Shown here: positions 1 through 10,518 of the stretch, in pieces
Numbering within the stretch: position 1 is the stretch's first letter
Layout of the letters: each line of letters opens with the position of its first letter
Assembly (NCBI GenBank): GCA_963748015.1
Contig: CAVVHE010000004.1
Span: 1,888,001-1,952,000 of the forward strand
Direction of reading: 5' to 3'
From: Terriglobia bacterium
GTDB taxonomy: Bacteria; Acidobacteriota; Polarisedimenticolia; Polarisedimenticolales; JAIQFR01
DNA: 64,000 bases
Notes under the pieces: generated by a model
What the model was told of the DNA's origin: nothing
The model's database searches: none
What the model saw: only the letters and a program-made list of their open reading frames with translations
Translations under genes and position numbers: made by a program

Positions 1-1495
1 GCTTCCCGATCGCGTCCGCGGCCGGCTTCAGAATCGTGCGGTCGATCAGCGCCCGGGCCGCGTCGGTGGCGTTGACCCGTTTCCACTGCCCGCCGAACGC
101 GCTCACCTCCCCCGCTCGCTGCCCCGCCGGGACGCCGGCCTTGGCCAGCGCCTCGGCGAACCTCGCGGCAACGTCCGCGGTGAGCAGCTTCCCTGCTTCG
201 GTCGCGCTCACCTGGGCGAGCATCTGCCCCTGGAAGTCGGAGACCTTCTGCAGCTCGTCCGCCCGCTTCCTGGCCTCGCCCTCCGCGGCCACGGCACGGT
301 CGCGCTGCGTCCTGGCGACCGTGGCCTGCCAGGCGAAGGCGACCACGCCGATCAGCAGCGCCGCCGCGATCGCCGCGCCCGCGGTCACCGGCCCCCTGTG
401 CCGCCGCACGAACTTCCTGAGCCGGTAGACCGGCTCGGCGGCGCCGCGACCACCGCCTCGCCGCCGAGGTACCGCCTGACGTCCATCGCCAGGCCGTTGG
501 CGGTCTCGTAGCGGCGCTGGCGGTCCTTCTCCAGCGCCTTCATCACGATCCAGTCGAGCTCGCCGCGCACGATCGTGCCGAGCCTGCGCGGCTCGGTCTG
601 CCGACGGGCGGCGACGCTCGCGAGCGTGTCGGTGTTGACTGGCTGAGCCGCGTGCTGGGCTTGGGCGGCTCCACCTCGCGGATGATCCGCTGGATCTCGC
701 GCGTACGCCGCCGACCGCAGCTCGTTGCTGCCGAACGGCGTGCTGCCGGTGAGCAGCTCGTAGAGCAGCACGCCCAGCGAGTAGACGTCCGTCCGCGTGT
801 CGATGTCGAGCGATGCCCTCGGCCTGCTCGGGGCTCATGTACTCCGGCGTGCCGATGAGCTGGCTGATACTCGGTGAAGAGCGTCTTCTCGGTCAGCTTG
901 CTCGCGGTCGCCTTGGCGATGCCGAAGTCGATCACCTTCGCGTGGGGCCGTCCGTCCTGCGTGGCGACCAGGATGTTGCTGGGCTTGATGTCGCGGTGGA
1001 TGATCCCCTTGGTGTGCGCGTGCTGCACGGCGTTGCAGACCTGCGCGAAGAGCTCCAGCCGCTGCGTCGATGCTCGAGGTTGTTCTTGTCGCAGTACTGC
1101 GGCGATCGGCTCGCCCTTGCACCAGCTCCATCACGAAGTAGGGCCGGCCGGTCTCCGTCGCGCCCGCGTCGAACACCTTCGCGATGTTGGGGTGGTCCAT
1201 CACCGCCAGGGCCTGCCGCTCCTGCTCGAAGCGCGCGACCACCTGCCGCGGTGTCCATCCCCAGCTTGATGATCTTGAGCGCGACCTTCCGCGCGACCGG
1301 CTTCTCCTGCTCGGCCATGAAGACCGAGCCGAATCCGCCCTCGCCGATGAGCTGGAGCAGCTTGTACGGCCCGATGCGCGTGCCGGGTCCTTCCCGCAGC
1401 GCCGCAGCGCCGGCCGGGGCGGACTGCGCGAGGCTCCGCTCCCCGTCGGGTGGCGGCGGAAGGTCCGCGGTTTCGTCGGATTCGCGGGTTGTCAT
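1..1495 (-). pseudogene. Eukaryotic-like Ser/Thr protein kinase with TM helix and helical C-terminal region; multiply frameshifted; runs off the window start
   Basis: Kinase motifs are split across frames: IGEGGFGSV and VALKIIK (ORF 932..1525), [18 protein letters not shown] (835..1242), HRDIKPSN and DFG (543..1028), LLYELLTG and KALEKDRQRRY (385..771). ATG at 1495. May reflect sequencing indels rather than true decay. Confidence 0.75.
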
Positions 1496-1719
1496 GGAAA
1501 GTCCTCGGCGTTGGCGGACGGCCACTCACTCATCCCGTCGATCCCAGTCTACCAACCCGGTGCAAGCCCCTGGCGCGAGAAAGGCGCGCCTGCGGGCCAG
1601 GTCAGCGGTAGGCGACCAGGCCGGGCGACGGATCTCGAGGCACCGGGCCGGGGCGACGGAGTGCTACCCTCTCGACGGCTGGGCTCCCTCCCGAGCGCCG
1701 GAGGGACGGAGGTCGTTGG

Positions 1720-2883
1720 GTGACGAGACTCGAGCCGCGCCCGTCGTGTGGCGATTGCGGCCGTCCGCCGGTCGTGTGTTTCTGCGATCGCATCACCGTG
1801 CTGCCCACCCGCACGCGCATCCTCCTGCTCCAGCACCCGCGCGAGCAGGACGTGGCGATCGGGACGGCGCGGATGGCCCACCGCGCCCTGCCGAGCTCGC
1901 GCCTGCGGGTCGGTCTCGACTTCGCGGACGACCCCGAGGTGTTGGCGGCCCTGGCCCGGCCGTCTCCAGCCTACGTCCTGTTCCCGGGGCCCGGCGCGCT
2001 TCCCGTCGAGCAGCTCCCGCGCGACCGCGCCATCACGCTCGTCGTGGTCGACGGCACGTGGTCGCAGGCGCGCAAGCTCCTCAGGCTGAACCCGGCGATC
2101 GCGGCCCTTCCCCGGATCGCGTTCAGCCCGGAAAGGCAGAGCGCCTACGTCATCCGCCGGGAGCCCGCCGACTTCTGCGTGTCCACGATCGAGGCGCTGG
2201 CGCACGTGCTTGCGGTGCTCGAGCCGGAGGGCGGCGCGTTCGAGCGGCTGCTCGATCCCTTCCACGCCATGGTGGAGCGGCAGCAGCGGTTCGAGGCGGA
2301 GGTCGGCGCCAGCCGTCATCGTTACCTCCCTCGCCGCGCGAAGGTCCCGCCCCGGGACGCGCTGGCCGCTCGCCTCGGCGCGGTATGGTCCCGGCTCGTC
2401 TGCGTCCACGGCGAGGCGAACGCTTGGCCGCGCCATCATCCCGCGCGGGAGGAGCCGGAGACCGTTCACTGGGTCGCGCACCGTCCCGCGACGGCCGAGT
2501 CGTTCGAGGCGGTCGTGGCGCCGCGACGCGCGTTGGCGGAGGCCACGCACGAGCACGTCGAGCTGCCGCCGGAGCGCCTCCTGGCCGGCGGCACCGTGCA
2601 GCAGTGGCAAGACGGCTGGAAGGAGTTCGCCAGGCCCGACGACATCCTGGTCACGTGGGGAACGTACTACCGCGATCTCGCCGCGGCGGATGGCTTGCCG
2701 CTCGCCGTCCCGTCGATGAATCTGCGCGACGAGGTGTCCCGGTTGCTCGGCGTGCGATTCGGCACCGTCGAGGCGTCCCTGGGCTCGCTGGGCGCGACAC
2801 CGGCGCCGCTGGCACTCCCCGGACGCGGCGGCCGCCGCCTCGCGGCCCTGGTCGGCGCGCTCGAATCGCTGCGCCCTGCTTGA
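1720..2883 (+). CDS. DTW-domain tRNA-uridine aminocarboxypropyltransferase (TapT/YfiP-like) with C-terminal extension
   Basis: N-terminal CxxC..CxC, LLQHPRE, VVVDGTWSQARK (DTW motif), CVSTIEA. Confidence 0.85.
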   Translation: MTRLEPRPSCGDCGRPPVVCFCDRITVLPTRTRILLLQHPREQDVAIGTARMAHRALPSSRLRVGLDFADDPEVLAALARPSPAYVLFPGPGALPVEQLPRDRAITLVVVDGTWSQARKLLRLNPAIAALPRIAFSPERQSAYVIRREPADFCVSTIEALAHVLAVLEPEGGAFERLLDPFHAMVERQQRFEAEVGASRHRYLPRRAKVPPRDALAARLGAVWSRLVCVHGEANAWPRHHPAREEPETVHWVAHRPATAESFEAVVAPRRALAEATHEHVELPPERLLAGGTVQQWQDGWKEFARPDDILVTWGTYYRDLAAADGLPLAVPSMNLRDEVSRLLGVRFGTVEASLGSLGATPAPLALPGRGGRRLAALVGALESLRPA

Positions 2884-3022
2884 ATGGGGCAGGTCCCGCC
2901 GCGGCAGCGTGTGGGCCAGCGCCCGCACGTGAGCGGATCACCTTCTCGGACGTGGGGCCGGAAACGCAGATGATCCGGCCCATGCCCCGCCGACGGGAAG
3001 CGATGAACTACAATCCCGGCGG

Positions 3023-3979
3023 ATGAACCCCGACGTCGTGCGGTCGATCGAGGATCTCCGGGCGCGAGGCGTGCTGTCGGAGAGCCAGGCCGCGTTGCCG
3101 GCACGCGTGGCGCGCGGCGAGATCGTGTCGGTCCGGGCCGAGCTGCGCGCCGCCCTCTACGCGGGCGTCCTCCTCGTCACGACCGGTGCAGGGCTCCTCG
3201 TCCGTCAGAACCTCGAGGCGATCGGACCGCTCGGCGTCGCGCTCGGCCTCGGCCTCGCCGCCGCCCTGGCGCTCGGCTGGGTCGCGCGCTCGGCGCCGGC
3301 GTTCTCGTGGGCGGAGGTTTCGTCTCCCAACCTCGCGTTCGACTACGTTCTGCTTCTCGGAGTGCTCCTCGCCGCCACGGACCTGGCCTACGTCGAGGCC
3401 CGCTTCACTCCTCTCGGCCGAGCGTGGCCCTGGCATCTCCTGATCGTGTCGCTGCTCACCGCCGCGTGCGCGTTCCGTTACGACTCGCGGGTCGTGTTCT
3501 CCCTCGCGCTGGGAACGTTCGCGGCGTGGCGCGGGGTCTCGGTCGCCTATCTCGAGCCCACCTGGTGGCGCGGTCCGGAGCCCGTGATCCGTGCGAACAT
3601 GATCGTCTGCGGCGCGATCTTCGTGACGGCCGCGTGGATCCTGGAGCGAACCGGCCGGAAGGCGCACTTCGAGCCGGTCGCGGCGCACCTCGGATGGCTG
3701 CTCGTCCTGGGGGCGCTCGCGTCGGGGGTGTTCCGCGGGGAGACGCCGGCGGCGCTCGCCCACGCGGGCGCCCTTTCGCTCGTCGGCGCGATCCTGGCGG
3801 CGTGGTCGCTGAAGCGTCGGCGTTTCGTGACGTTCGCCATGGGCGTCATCGGGGCGTACGTCGGAGTGAGCGGTCTCGTCGTGCATGGCGTGGGTTACGG
3901 GTCGGACGTCCTCGTGTACTTCTGGTTCACGCTTTCAGCTTTCCTTCTGCTGGGCGCCCTCGTCGCGGGCCACCGATAG
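3023..3979 (+). CDS. DUF2157-like polytopic membrane protein
   Basis: N-terminal LRARGVLSESQA...ELRAALYAGVLL pattern followed by many hydrophobic helices. Confidence 0.7.
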   Translation: MNPDVVRSIEDLRARGVLSESQAALPARVARGEIVSVRAELRAALYAGVLLVTTGAGLLVRQNLEAIGPLGVALGLGLAAALALGWVARSAPAFSWAEVSSPNLAFDYVLLLGVLLAATDLAYVEARFTPLGRAWPWHLLIVSLLTAACAFRYDSRVVFSLALGTFAAWRGVSVAYLEPTWWRGPEPVIRANMIVCGAIFVTAAWILERTGRKAHFEPVAAHLGWLLVLGALASGVFRGETPAALAHAGALSLVGAILAAWSLKRRRFVTFAMGVIGAYVGVSGLVVHGVGYGSDVLVYFWFTLSAFLLLGALVAGHR

Positions 3980-3993
3980 ATGCGGCGGGAGCC

Positions 3994-5226
3994 GTGAGAA
4001 GGGACGCGGTTCGCGCGGAGCGCGCTCGCGAGTGCCGCGTCGCCGCGCGCGCCTGGCGCCGCGCGGGAACGATCGACGACACCACGCTCGCCGCGATCGA
4101 CACGACCTTTCCGGATGACCGCGTGCGCGCCCGCCCCGCCTTTCGCGTGCTCTTCTTCGCGTTCACCGCTTTCGGCGTGCTCGCCGCCTTCGGGCTGGCG
4201 CTCGCGACGGGCCTCGACTCGTCGGGCAAACTCGGCTTCGTCGCGCTGACGTTCGGGATTCTCCTCGCGGCAGCCACGGAAGTTCAGCTCGGGCTCTTCC
4301 GGCGGGACCGCGGCGGGACGGAAGAGGCGACGTCGATCCTCTCCGCCCTCTTCCTGGTCGGCGCGGCCGGCTGGTTCGTCTTCGAGTGGATCCCTCTCGG
4401 CGGGCGAGCCGAGTTTTCTTCGTTCCTCGTCGTTGCCGCGCTGATCCTCGCGGCCGCGGCGTGGCGCTGGGGCCTCGCCATCCACGCGACCGGCGCCGCG
4501 GTCCTCGCGTTCTGGCTGCTCGCCCGGCTGCCGCACGGAAGGCTCCTGTGGGCCGTCACCGGTCTCGTCGCCTCCGCTCTCCTCGTGCGCGCTCGGGAGT
4601 CCGGGCGGTTGGCGCCCTCGCACCGGCGCGCCGCGTCGTGGGCGTTTCTCGTGGCGATCGCCGGCCTGTATGCCTCGATCTCTATCTACTCGCTCGATCA
4701 CGGCCTCGTCGAGGCAATCGGCGAGCGCGGCTCCTTCTTTCACTCGCTCTTCGACGTCGATCCGCGAACCGGCGCGGCAGGTGTTCTGGCAGGACTCCCG
4801 TGGACCGTGAGGCGGGTTCTGTGCGCGTGTCTGACCGCGGGGGTTCCCGCCGTCCTGATCGCCGCCGGCCTGCGCCGGAGGCGCAGGCTCCTGCTCGACG
4901 CCGGGCTCGTCCTCGCGGCCGTCTCGCTCGCGACCGTCCGCGCCTACGTGCACGTGGCCGCGCCGTGGCTCGTGCTCGCGGCCGCGGGCGGCGGACTCCT
5001 GGCCCTCGCCCTCGTCCTGCGCCGCTGGCTCGATTCCGGTCCGGGCAGGGAGCGCGGCGGCTTCACGGCCGAGCCGCTCTTCGAGAGCCCGTCGCGGACG
5101 CGAATCCTCGAGGCCGCGGCGACGATCGCAACCCTGTCTCCGACCCCGCGTGGAGTCCCCACGGAACCCGGATTCAAGGGGGGTGGCGGCGAATCGGGAG
5201 GAGCGGGGGCGAGCGGCGAATTCTGA
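3994..5226 (+). CDS. Polytopic membrane protein, partner of the upstream DUF2157-like gene
   Basis: GTG at 3994 in the frame of ORF 3307..5226; many TM segments; ends GGGGESGGAGASGEF. Confidence 0.7.
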   Translation: MRRDAVRAERARECRVAARAWRRAGTIDDTTLAAIDTTFPDDRVRARPAFRVLFFAFTAFGVLAAFGLALATGLDSSGKLGFVALTFGILLAAATEVQLGLFRRDRGGTEEATSILSALFLVGAAGWFVFEWIPLGGRAEFSSFLVVAALILAAAAWRWGLAIHATGAAVLAFWLLARLPHGRLLWAVTGLVASALLVRARESGRLAPSHRRAASWAFLVAIAGLYASISIYSLDHGLVEAIGERGSFFHSLFDVDPRTGAAGVLAGLPWTVRRVLCACLTAGVPAVLIAAGLRRRRRLLLDAGLVLAAVSLATVRAYVHVAAPWLVLAAAGGGLLALALVLRRWLDSGPGRERGGFTAEPLFESPSRTRILEAAATIATLSPTPRGVPTEPGFKGGGGESGGAGASGEF

Positions 5227-5260
5227 CCTCGAGACGCCGGCCCCGGTCACCGGGACCGGT

Positions 5261-6463
5261 TCAACCCAGCCGGACCTTCCGCAGGTCGATGGGCCGGCCC
5301 TTGTAGACGCCCAGGCCCAGGTTCTCCGCCACCGCCAGGCCGTAGTGGCGCCGGCGCAGCGTCTCCACTCGCCCCGTATCGAGGCTGCCCGCCTCGAGCT
5401 GGCAGGCCACCAGCACGTCGAAGCCCACGCTGTCGAGGGCCACGGGATCCGTGGCGACGTAGAGCCGCTCCTGGGGTACGACGAAGGCCGGCGCGGGGAC
5501 GGGCCCCTTGTCGTACTGCACCCTGAAGGCGTCCATGACGTGGAGCACCACCTTGTCCCGGATGGGCGGGAAGGCGCAGACCTCGGGGATGTAGCGGTGG
5601 ATGAAGTCGTGACCGCGAGGGCAGTTGGTGGTGGAACCGAAGGCGAGGTTCTTCATCGCGCCGGTGATCTCGGTCGCGCCGTGGTGCTTGAGCACGGGGA
5701 TGTTGATCACCTTGTCGACGCCGCCCTCCTTGCCGGAGCGCGTCAGCAGCTTGGGGAAGTGGCTCTTGGTGCCGCCGTGGAACATCTCCTCGAGGTAGTT
5801 CTCGGCATCGGGCAGGCTGTGGTCCGCCTCGTAGAAGACCTCCTCGTCCCAGCGCTCCCAGCCGCCGGGGGTGTTCTTGCCGTCCTTCTCGATGAACCAG
5901 TTGAGCAGGTAAGCCTCCACGCCGGGGTGGACCTCCTCCGGCTTGTACGTGCGCGCGTGCTCGTCGTCGAAGCGGTGCCAGACCACCATGTCCTTCCGCG
6001 GAATCCCGGCCTGCTCCATCCCCGCCACCACGGCCCCGATCAGCTCCCGGGTCGTGCCGGAGATCTGGTGCCCCACGGGGTTGAACTTGATGCCGACGCG
6101 CTCGCCGGGGCTCACGAAGCGGCGCCAGGCCTCGCGGGTCCCCTTTTCGCCGGTCAGGGACCTGAGGGCCGCGGCCACCATTCGCTCCGCCGCCCCCGCG
6201 ACGGGCCGAAGGTCCTTCACGGAGCCCGGGAGGTAGGCCTCGGCCACGATCCCGGGGAAGGGTCCCGGCATGGAGAGACGGCCTTTCGGCTGGCGCAGGG
6301 CCAGTTGCACGTTGGTGTGCAGCGCCATGGGGTCCGGGCGGACCGCGGCAGCCGGGGCAGGCGCGGGGGCGTCCGGCACGGGCGCCTCCCCCCGGAGCGC
6401 TTGGGGGAGCTGGGTGGCCGCCAGGGCGGCGCTTCCCGCGGCGAGGAAGGTGCGACGGTTCAT
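5261..6463 (-). CDS. Tat-exported DUF362-domain protein
   Basis: MNRRTFLAAG twin-arginine signal; VGIKFN and INIPVLKHH..ITGAMKNLAFG motifs; DPVALD. Confidence 0.8.
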   Translation of the reverse strand: MNRRTFLAAGSAALAATQLPQALRGEAPVPDAPAPAPAAAVRPDPMALHTNVQLALRQPKGRLSMPGPFPGIVAEAYLPGSVKDLRPVAGAAERMVAAALRSLTGEKGTREAWRRFVSPGERVGIKFNPVGHQISGTTRELIGAVVAGMEQAGIPRKDMVVWHRFDDEHARTYKPEEVHPGVEAYLLNWFIEKDGKNTPGGWERWDEEVFYEADHSLPDAENYLEEMFHGGTKSHFPKLLTRSGKEGGVDKVINIPVLKHHGATEITGAMKNLAFGSTTNCPRGHDFIHRYIPEVCAFPPIRDKVVLHVMDAFRVQYDKGPVPAPAFVVPQERLYVATDPVALDSVGFDVLVACQLEAGSLDTGRVETLRRRHYGLAVAENLGLGVYKGRPIDLRKVRLG

Positions 6464-6490
6464 GGATCGACGTACGCTCATGGGACCTCC

Positions 6491-6656
6491 CTAGTGTCCC
6501 GAGTCCGAAGTACGTCACCTATTTCGCCGGCCCTGGCCGGCCCTGGCTGCGTCGGGCCTCCTCGAAATACTCCCGGTATTCCTTCGTCGGCCCTCCTTGC
6601 CAGGACCGCCCATGGCTCGGCGAACTAGGCAACGTACTTCGGACTCGGAACACTAG
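6491..6656. mobile_element. MITE-like non-autonomous element with terminal inverted repeats, bounded by CTAG at both ends
   Basis: CTAGTGTCCCGAGTCCGAAGTACGT at 6491 pairs with ACGTACTTCGGACTCGGAACACTAG ending at 6656 (1 mismatch); no coding capacity. Confidence 0.7.
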
Positions 6657-7345
6657 CGACTCGAAGGGAACAACAGGGCCACCGCGCCGGAGTGGACCGT
6701 CAGGCGGAGCGAGGTCCCGGTCAGGTTGCTCAGGCCGAGCGATCCGGGGCGGAGCCGGGCGCGGCGCAGCGTCCAGCGTGTGCCGCCGAGGGTGACCGTC
6801 GCGGCCCCGCCGAGCGCGACGAGCGAGACGGTTCGGCCGCGCACCGTGGCCGCCTCGCAGCCGCGGCTCGTGACGAGGACGGTGCCGCGGTCGGCCGGCG
6901 CGAGGATGCCGGCGAACCAGCGCGACGCCTCGCCGAGATCGAACAGGTTCGACCACTCGTGGTCGAGGCGCCCCCCGAGAAGGCCGGCGACCGTGACGAC
7001 CTGCACTCGGCGGGCCCTGAGCTCGCGGAAGGCGCCCGCGAGGTCGCTGAAGTCCTTTTCCTTTTCGTAGATCACGGACGAGACGCCGCGGGGCGCTCGC
7101 GAGGTCGAGTCGAGGTCGCCGACGAAGAGGTCCGGCCGGCGGCCGGCGGCGCGGCAGGTCTTGAGCCCGCCGTTCACCGCGACGAGGAGGCAGCCGTCCG
7201 ACATCGCGCCCGCGAGCGCGCACGCGCGTCTCAACTCGGACCGGCCGGCGCCCTCGAGGACCAGGACGGCCCCCTGGACGCCACCCCGGCGCCTGAGACC
7301 GCGCAGCCCGATCTGCGGTCGGTCGCCGCTGCCGTCGATGGTGAT
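6653..7345 (-). CDS. thiN: Thiamine pyrophosphokinase (start uncertain)
   Basis: VAVNGG, PDLFVGDLDS, EKDFSDL, GGRLDHEWSN, SLGLSN motifs. The frame is open upstream of the TTG at 7234 and includes the AVLVLEG first strand. Confidence 0.8.
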   Translation of the reverse strand: MTIDGSGDRPQIGLRGLRRRGGVQGAVLVLEGAGRSELRRACALAGAMSDGCLLVAVNGGLKTCRAAGRRPDLFVGDLDSTSRAPRGVSSVIYEKEKDFSDLAGAFRELRARRVQVVTVAGLLGGRLDHEWSNLFDLGEASRWFAGILAPADRGTVLVTSRGCEAATVRGRTVSLVALGGAATVTLGGTRWTLRRARLRPGSLGLSNLTGTSLRLTVHSGAVALLFPSSR

Positions 7346-7438
7346 GGAATGCCCCTCCCCGACCCTTAGAGATACCCCTCGGCGCCTCGCGAATCAAGAG
7401 AAACTGCGACGCAACCCGGCGATGCGGCGCCGCGCAAC

Positions 7439-7470
7439 AAAAAACCCCGGAGGCGGGAGCCTCCGGGGTT
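7439..7470 (-). terminator. Intrinsic terminator downstream of the cold-shock gene
   Basis: AACCCCGGAGGC-GGGA-GCCTCCGGGGTT hairpin followed by a T-run on the minus strand. Confidence 0.8.
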
Positions 7471-7497
7471 CTGTTTCGCGCTTGCTGGACCGGCGCG

Positions 7498-7701
7498 CTA
7501 GGCGACCGGCATCACGTTTTCGGCCTGCGGGCCCTTCGGGCCGTCCTTGATCTCGAACTCGACTTCCTGACCTTCATCGAGGGTTCGGTATCCCTCGGCT
7601 CGGATCGCGGAGTAGTGAACGAAGACGTCCGGTCCGTCCTCGCGGGCGATGAACCCGTAACCCTTGGTGTTATTGAACCACTTCACCTTGCCTCTGGCCA
7701 C
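7498..7701 (-). CDS. cspA: Cold-shock protein (CspA family)
   Basis: [37 protein letters not shown] start with AAGGAGG Shine-Dalgarno. Confidence 0.95.
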   Translation of the reverse strand: MARGKVKWFNNTKGYGFIAREDGPDVFVHYSAIRAEGYRTLDEGQEVEFEIKDGPKGPQAENVMPVA

Positions 7702-7788
7702 GATCGGAACCTCCTTGACGCAAAAACCCTGTTCGGGACACGGAACTTCCAGCGCCCCGGGCGCGACCCGCTTCCGAGGAGGAGCCAC

Positions 7789-7826
7789 AAAAAAGCCACC
7801 CGGGCTCTCGGTCGCCCCAGGTGGCC
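7789..7826 (-). terminator. Probable intrinsic terminator after lon (or an attenuator in the csp leader)
   Basis: Minus strand reads GCCACCTGGG...CCCGGGTGGC-TTTTTT. Confidence 0.6.
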
Positions 7827-7863
7827 TTCCCGCCGGCACCCCTACTTCACCGCGACGAGCCGT

Positions 7864-10356
7864 TCAAGAGTTTAGAGCTTCAAAGGTGACGCCGCAAGTC
7901 CGGTCTCCGCCGACCCGCGACTCGATCAAGGCCGGGGAATCGGACTCCGGCTCCCCCTCGGACGGGGTTTCTTCCTCTGCCGCGGAGGCTTTCGGCCCGT
8001 CCTGTTCCCTTGCCACCGGGCGGGAGCGCAGCGCCGGGCCGAAGGCCAGCTCGAGCACCTGCTCGATCTCGCTCACGAAGTGGAAGGTCAGCGCGTCCTT
8101 GACCGGCTGAGCGACGTCCACCAGGTCCTTCTCGTTCTTGTCCGGGAGTATCACGCTCCGGATACCCGCGGACTTGGCGGCGATCACCTTCTCCTTGATG
8201 CCGCCCACCGGTAGCACCTTGCCGCGCAGCGTGATCTCCCCCGTCATCGCGAGGTAGGTCGGGACCGGCAGGCCGGTCAGGAGCGATACCAGCGACGTCG
8301 TGAGCGTCACGCCGGCCGACGGGCCGTCCTTGGGGATCGCCCCGGCGGGCACGTGGATGTGGAAGTCGGACCGGTCGAAGATCGTCTCGTCGAGCTTCAG
8401 CTCCTTCGCGTTGGTGCGAATCCAGGAGAGCGCCGCGAGCGCCGACTCGCGCATCACGTCGCCGAGACGGCCGGTGATGGTCACTTTCCCCTTCCCGCGC
8501 ATGCGGGTGGATTCCACGAAGAGGATCTCGCCCCCGACCTGGGTCCAGGCCAGGCCGACCGCGACGCCGGTCCGGTCGCTGCGCTCGGCGATCTCGCGGA
8601 AGAACCGGACCGGGCCGAGCAGGTCCACGACCTTCTCCGGCGTGGCGACGACCTTGTCCGTGTTTCCCTCGACGACGCGCCGCGCGATCTTCCGGCAGAT
8701 GTTCGCCACCTCGCGGTCGAGGTTTCTGACCCCCGCCTCGCGGGTGTAGCTGTTGATCAGCATCCGGACGCCGTCGTCGGGGATCTCGAGACGCTCGGCC
8801 GTCAGGCCGTGCTCGTCGAGCTGCCGCGGCACCAGGTGGCCCTTCGCGATCTCCAGCTTCTCTTCCTCGGTGTAGCCGGGGAGGCGCAGGACCTCCATGC
8901 GGTCCCGGAGGGCGGGAGGGATGGTGTCGAGGACGTTCGCCGTCGTGATGAAGAACACCTTGCTGAGGTCGTAGGGCACCTCGAGGTAGTGGTCGGAGAA
9001 CGCGTTGTTCTGCTCGGGGTCGAGCACCTCGAGGAGCGCGGACGACGGGTCGCCCCGGAAATCGGTCCCCACCTTGTCGATCTCGTCGAGCATGAAGACC
9101 GGGTTGCGGGTCCCCGCTCGCTTGATCCCCTGGATGATGCGCCCGGGCAGCGAGCCGATGTAGGTGCGGCGGTGCCCTCGGATCTCCGCCTCGTCGCGGA
9201 TCCCGCCCAGCGAGATCCGGATGAACTTCCGCCCCATCGCCCTCGCGATCGACTTCCCGAGCGACGTCTTGCCGACGCCGGGAGGGCCCGCGAAGCAGAG
9301 GATCTGCCCCTTGAGGTCCTTCTTGAGAGAGCGGACCGCGAGGTACTCCAGGATCCGGTCCTTGATCTTCTCGAGATCGTAGTGGTCCTCGTCGAGGATC
9401 CGCTTGGCCTCGGCGACGTCGAGCTTGTCCTCGGTCTCGACCGTCCACGGGAGCGAGACGAGCCAGTCGAGGTAAGTGCGGGAGACGGTGTACTCCGCCG
9501 CCTGCGGCGGCATCTTCGAGAGCCGCTCGAGCTCTTTCTCGGCGGCCTTGCGCGGCTCCTCGGGCATTCCCGCGGCCTCGATCTTCTTCCGCAGCTCCTC
9601 GATCTCTACGGTCCGCTCGTCCTCCTCGCCCAGCTCCTTCTGGATCGCCTTCATCTGCTCGCGGAGGTAGTACTGCTTCTGCGTCTTCCCGACCTCGTCC
9701 GCGACCTGCGACTGGATGCGGCTCGAGATCTCCTGCAGCTCGAACTCGCGCGTGATGATCTCCATCAGCTTCTGGACGCGATCGCGGACGTTGTTCCGCT
9801 CGAGCAGGCCGATCTTCTCCTCGACGCTGATGTTGAGCACGGACGCCGCGAGGTCGCTCAGGCGCGCGGGGTCGGACGACCCCGCGGACAGGACCATCTC
9901 GCCGAGGTCGTTCGAGATGTTCGGCGAGGCCTGGACGAGCTGCTGGAACTTGTTGATGAGGCCGCGGACCAGAGCCTCGAACTCGACGCTGGGCTCGACG
10001 ATGTCGTCGAGCGCGGTGATCGAGGCCTTGACGAACGGCTCGGTGGCGACGAAGCGGTCCACGCGGATGCGCCGCATCCCCTGGATGATGAGATTGACGT
10101 TGTTCCCGTTGAGCCGGACGATCTTCAGGATTCGCGCCGCGGTCCCGACGCGGAACATCGCCGACGGATCCGGATCGTCGTCGGCCGGGTTCCGCTGGGA
10201 CACGACGCCGATCAGCTTCGAGTCGCGCGCCACGTCGTCGAGCAGGTTCAGCGTCTTCCGCCGCCCGACGGAAATCGGCATGATCGCGTGGGGGAACAGC
10301 ACGCTGTTGCGAAGCGGGAGCACCCCGATCTCGCTCGGAATCACGATGGAGTCCAT
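7864..10356 (-). CDS. lon: ATP-dependent Lon protease
   Basis: LON N-domain, Walker [17 protein letters not shown], catalytic [14 protein letters not shown]. Confidence 0.97.
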   Translation of the reverse strand: MDSIVIPSEIGVLPLRNSVLFPHAIMPISVGRRKTLNLLDDVARDSKLIGVVSQRNPADDDPDPSAMFRVGTAARILKIVRLNGNNVNLIIQGMRRIRVDRFVATEPFVKASITALDDIVEPSVEFEALVRGLINKFQQLVQASPNISNDLGEMVLSAGSSDPARLSDLAASVLNISVEEKIGLLERNNVRDRVQKLMEIITREFELQEISSRIQSQVADEVGKTQKQYYLREQMKAIQKELGEEDERTVEIEELRKKIEAAGMPEEPRKAAEKELERLSKMPPQAAEYTVSRTYLDWLVSLPWTVETEDKLDVAEAKRILDEDHYDLEKIKDRILEYLAVRSLKKDLKGQILCFAGPPGVGKTSLGKSIARAMGRKFIRISLGGIRDEAEIRGHRRTYIGSLPGRIIQGIKRAGTRNPVFMLDEIDKVGTDFRGDPSSALLEVLDPEQNNAFSDHYLEVPYDLSKVFFITTANVLDTIPPALRDRMEVLRLPGYTEEEKLEIAKGHLVPRQLDEHGLTAERLEIPDDGVRMLINSYTREAGVRNLDREVANICRKIARRVVEGNTDKVVATPEKVVDLLGPVRFFREIAERSDRTGVAVGLAWTQVGGEILFVESTRMRGKGKVTITGRLGDVMRESALAALSWIRTNAKELKLDETIFDRSDFHIHVPAGAIPKDGPSAGVTLTTSLVSLLTGLPVPTYLAMTGEITLRGKVLPVGGIKEKVIAAKSAGIRSVILPDKNEKDLVDVAQPVKDALTFHFVSEIEQVLELAFGPALRSRPVAREQDGPKASAAEEETPSEGEPESDSPALIESRVGGDRTCGVTFEALNS

Positions 10357-10413
10357 GGTCTCCTTGCCTTGTCGCGGGTCATGCCCGGCCCGCAGTCCGG
10401 TCGGCTGGGTTCC

Positions 10414-10442
10414 ATTGTCGTGCCGGGCGGCGCGCGGTGCAA
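10414..10442 (-). promoter_or_regulatory. Possible sigma70-type promoter of lon
   Basis: TTGCAC-N17-GACAAT on the minus strand upstream of the lon ATG. Confidence 0.35.
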
Positions 10443-10518
10443 CCCGGGGCGCCCCGAAAAACGATCGCCCCGGCGCCCGCGCCGGCGCGGGCCCGGGGCG
10501 ATGACGAGAACGGAATCG

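Noticed and set aside
3977..3997. Amber readthrough or recoding: TAG followed by MRREP-TGA overlapping the next GTG
   Set aside because: Many other genes here (csp, fusA, cyoE, citF) end at TAG at normal length. A recent TGG>TAG change or a base error trimming a few residues is simpler.
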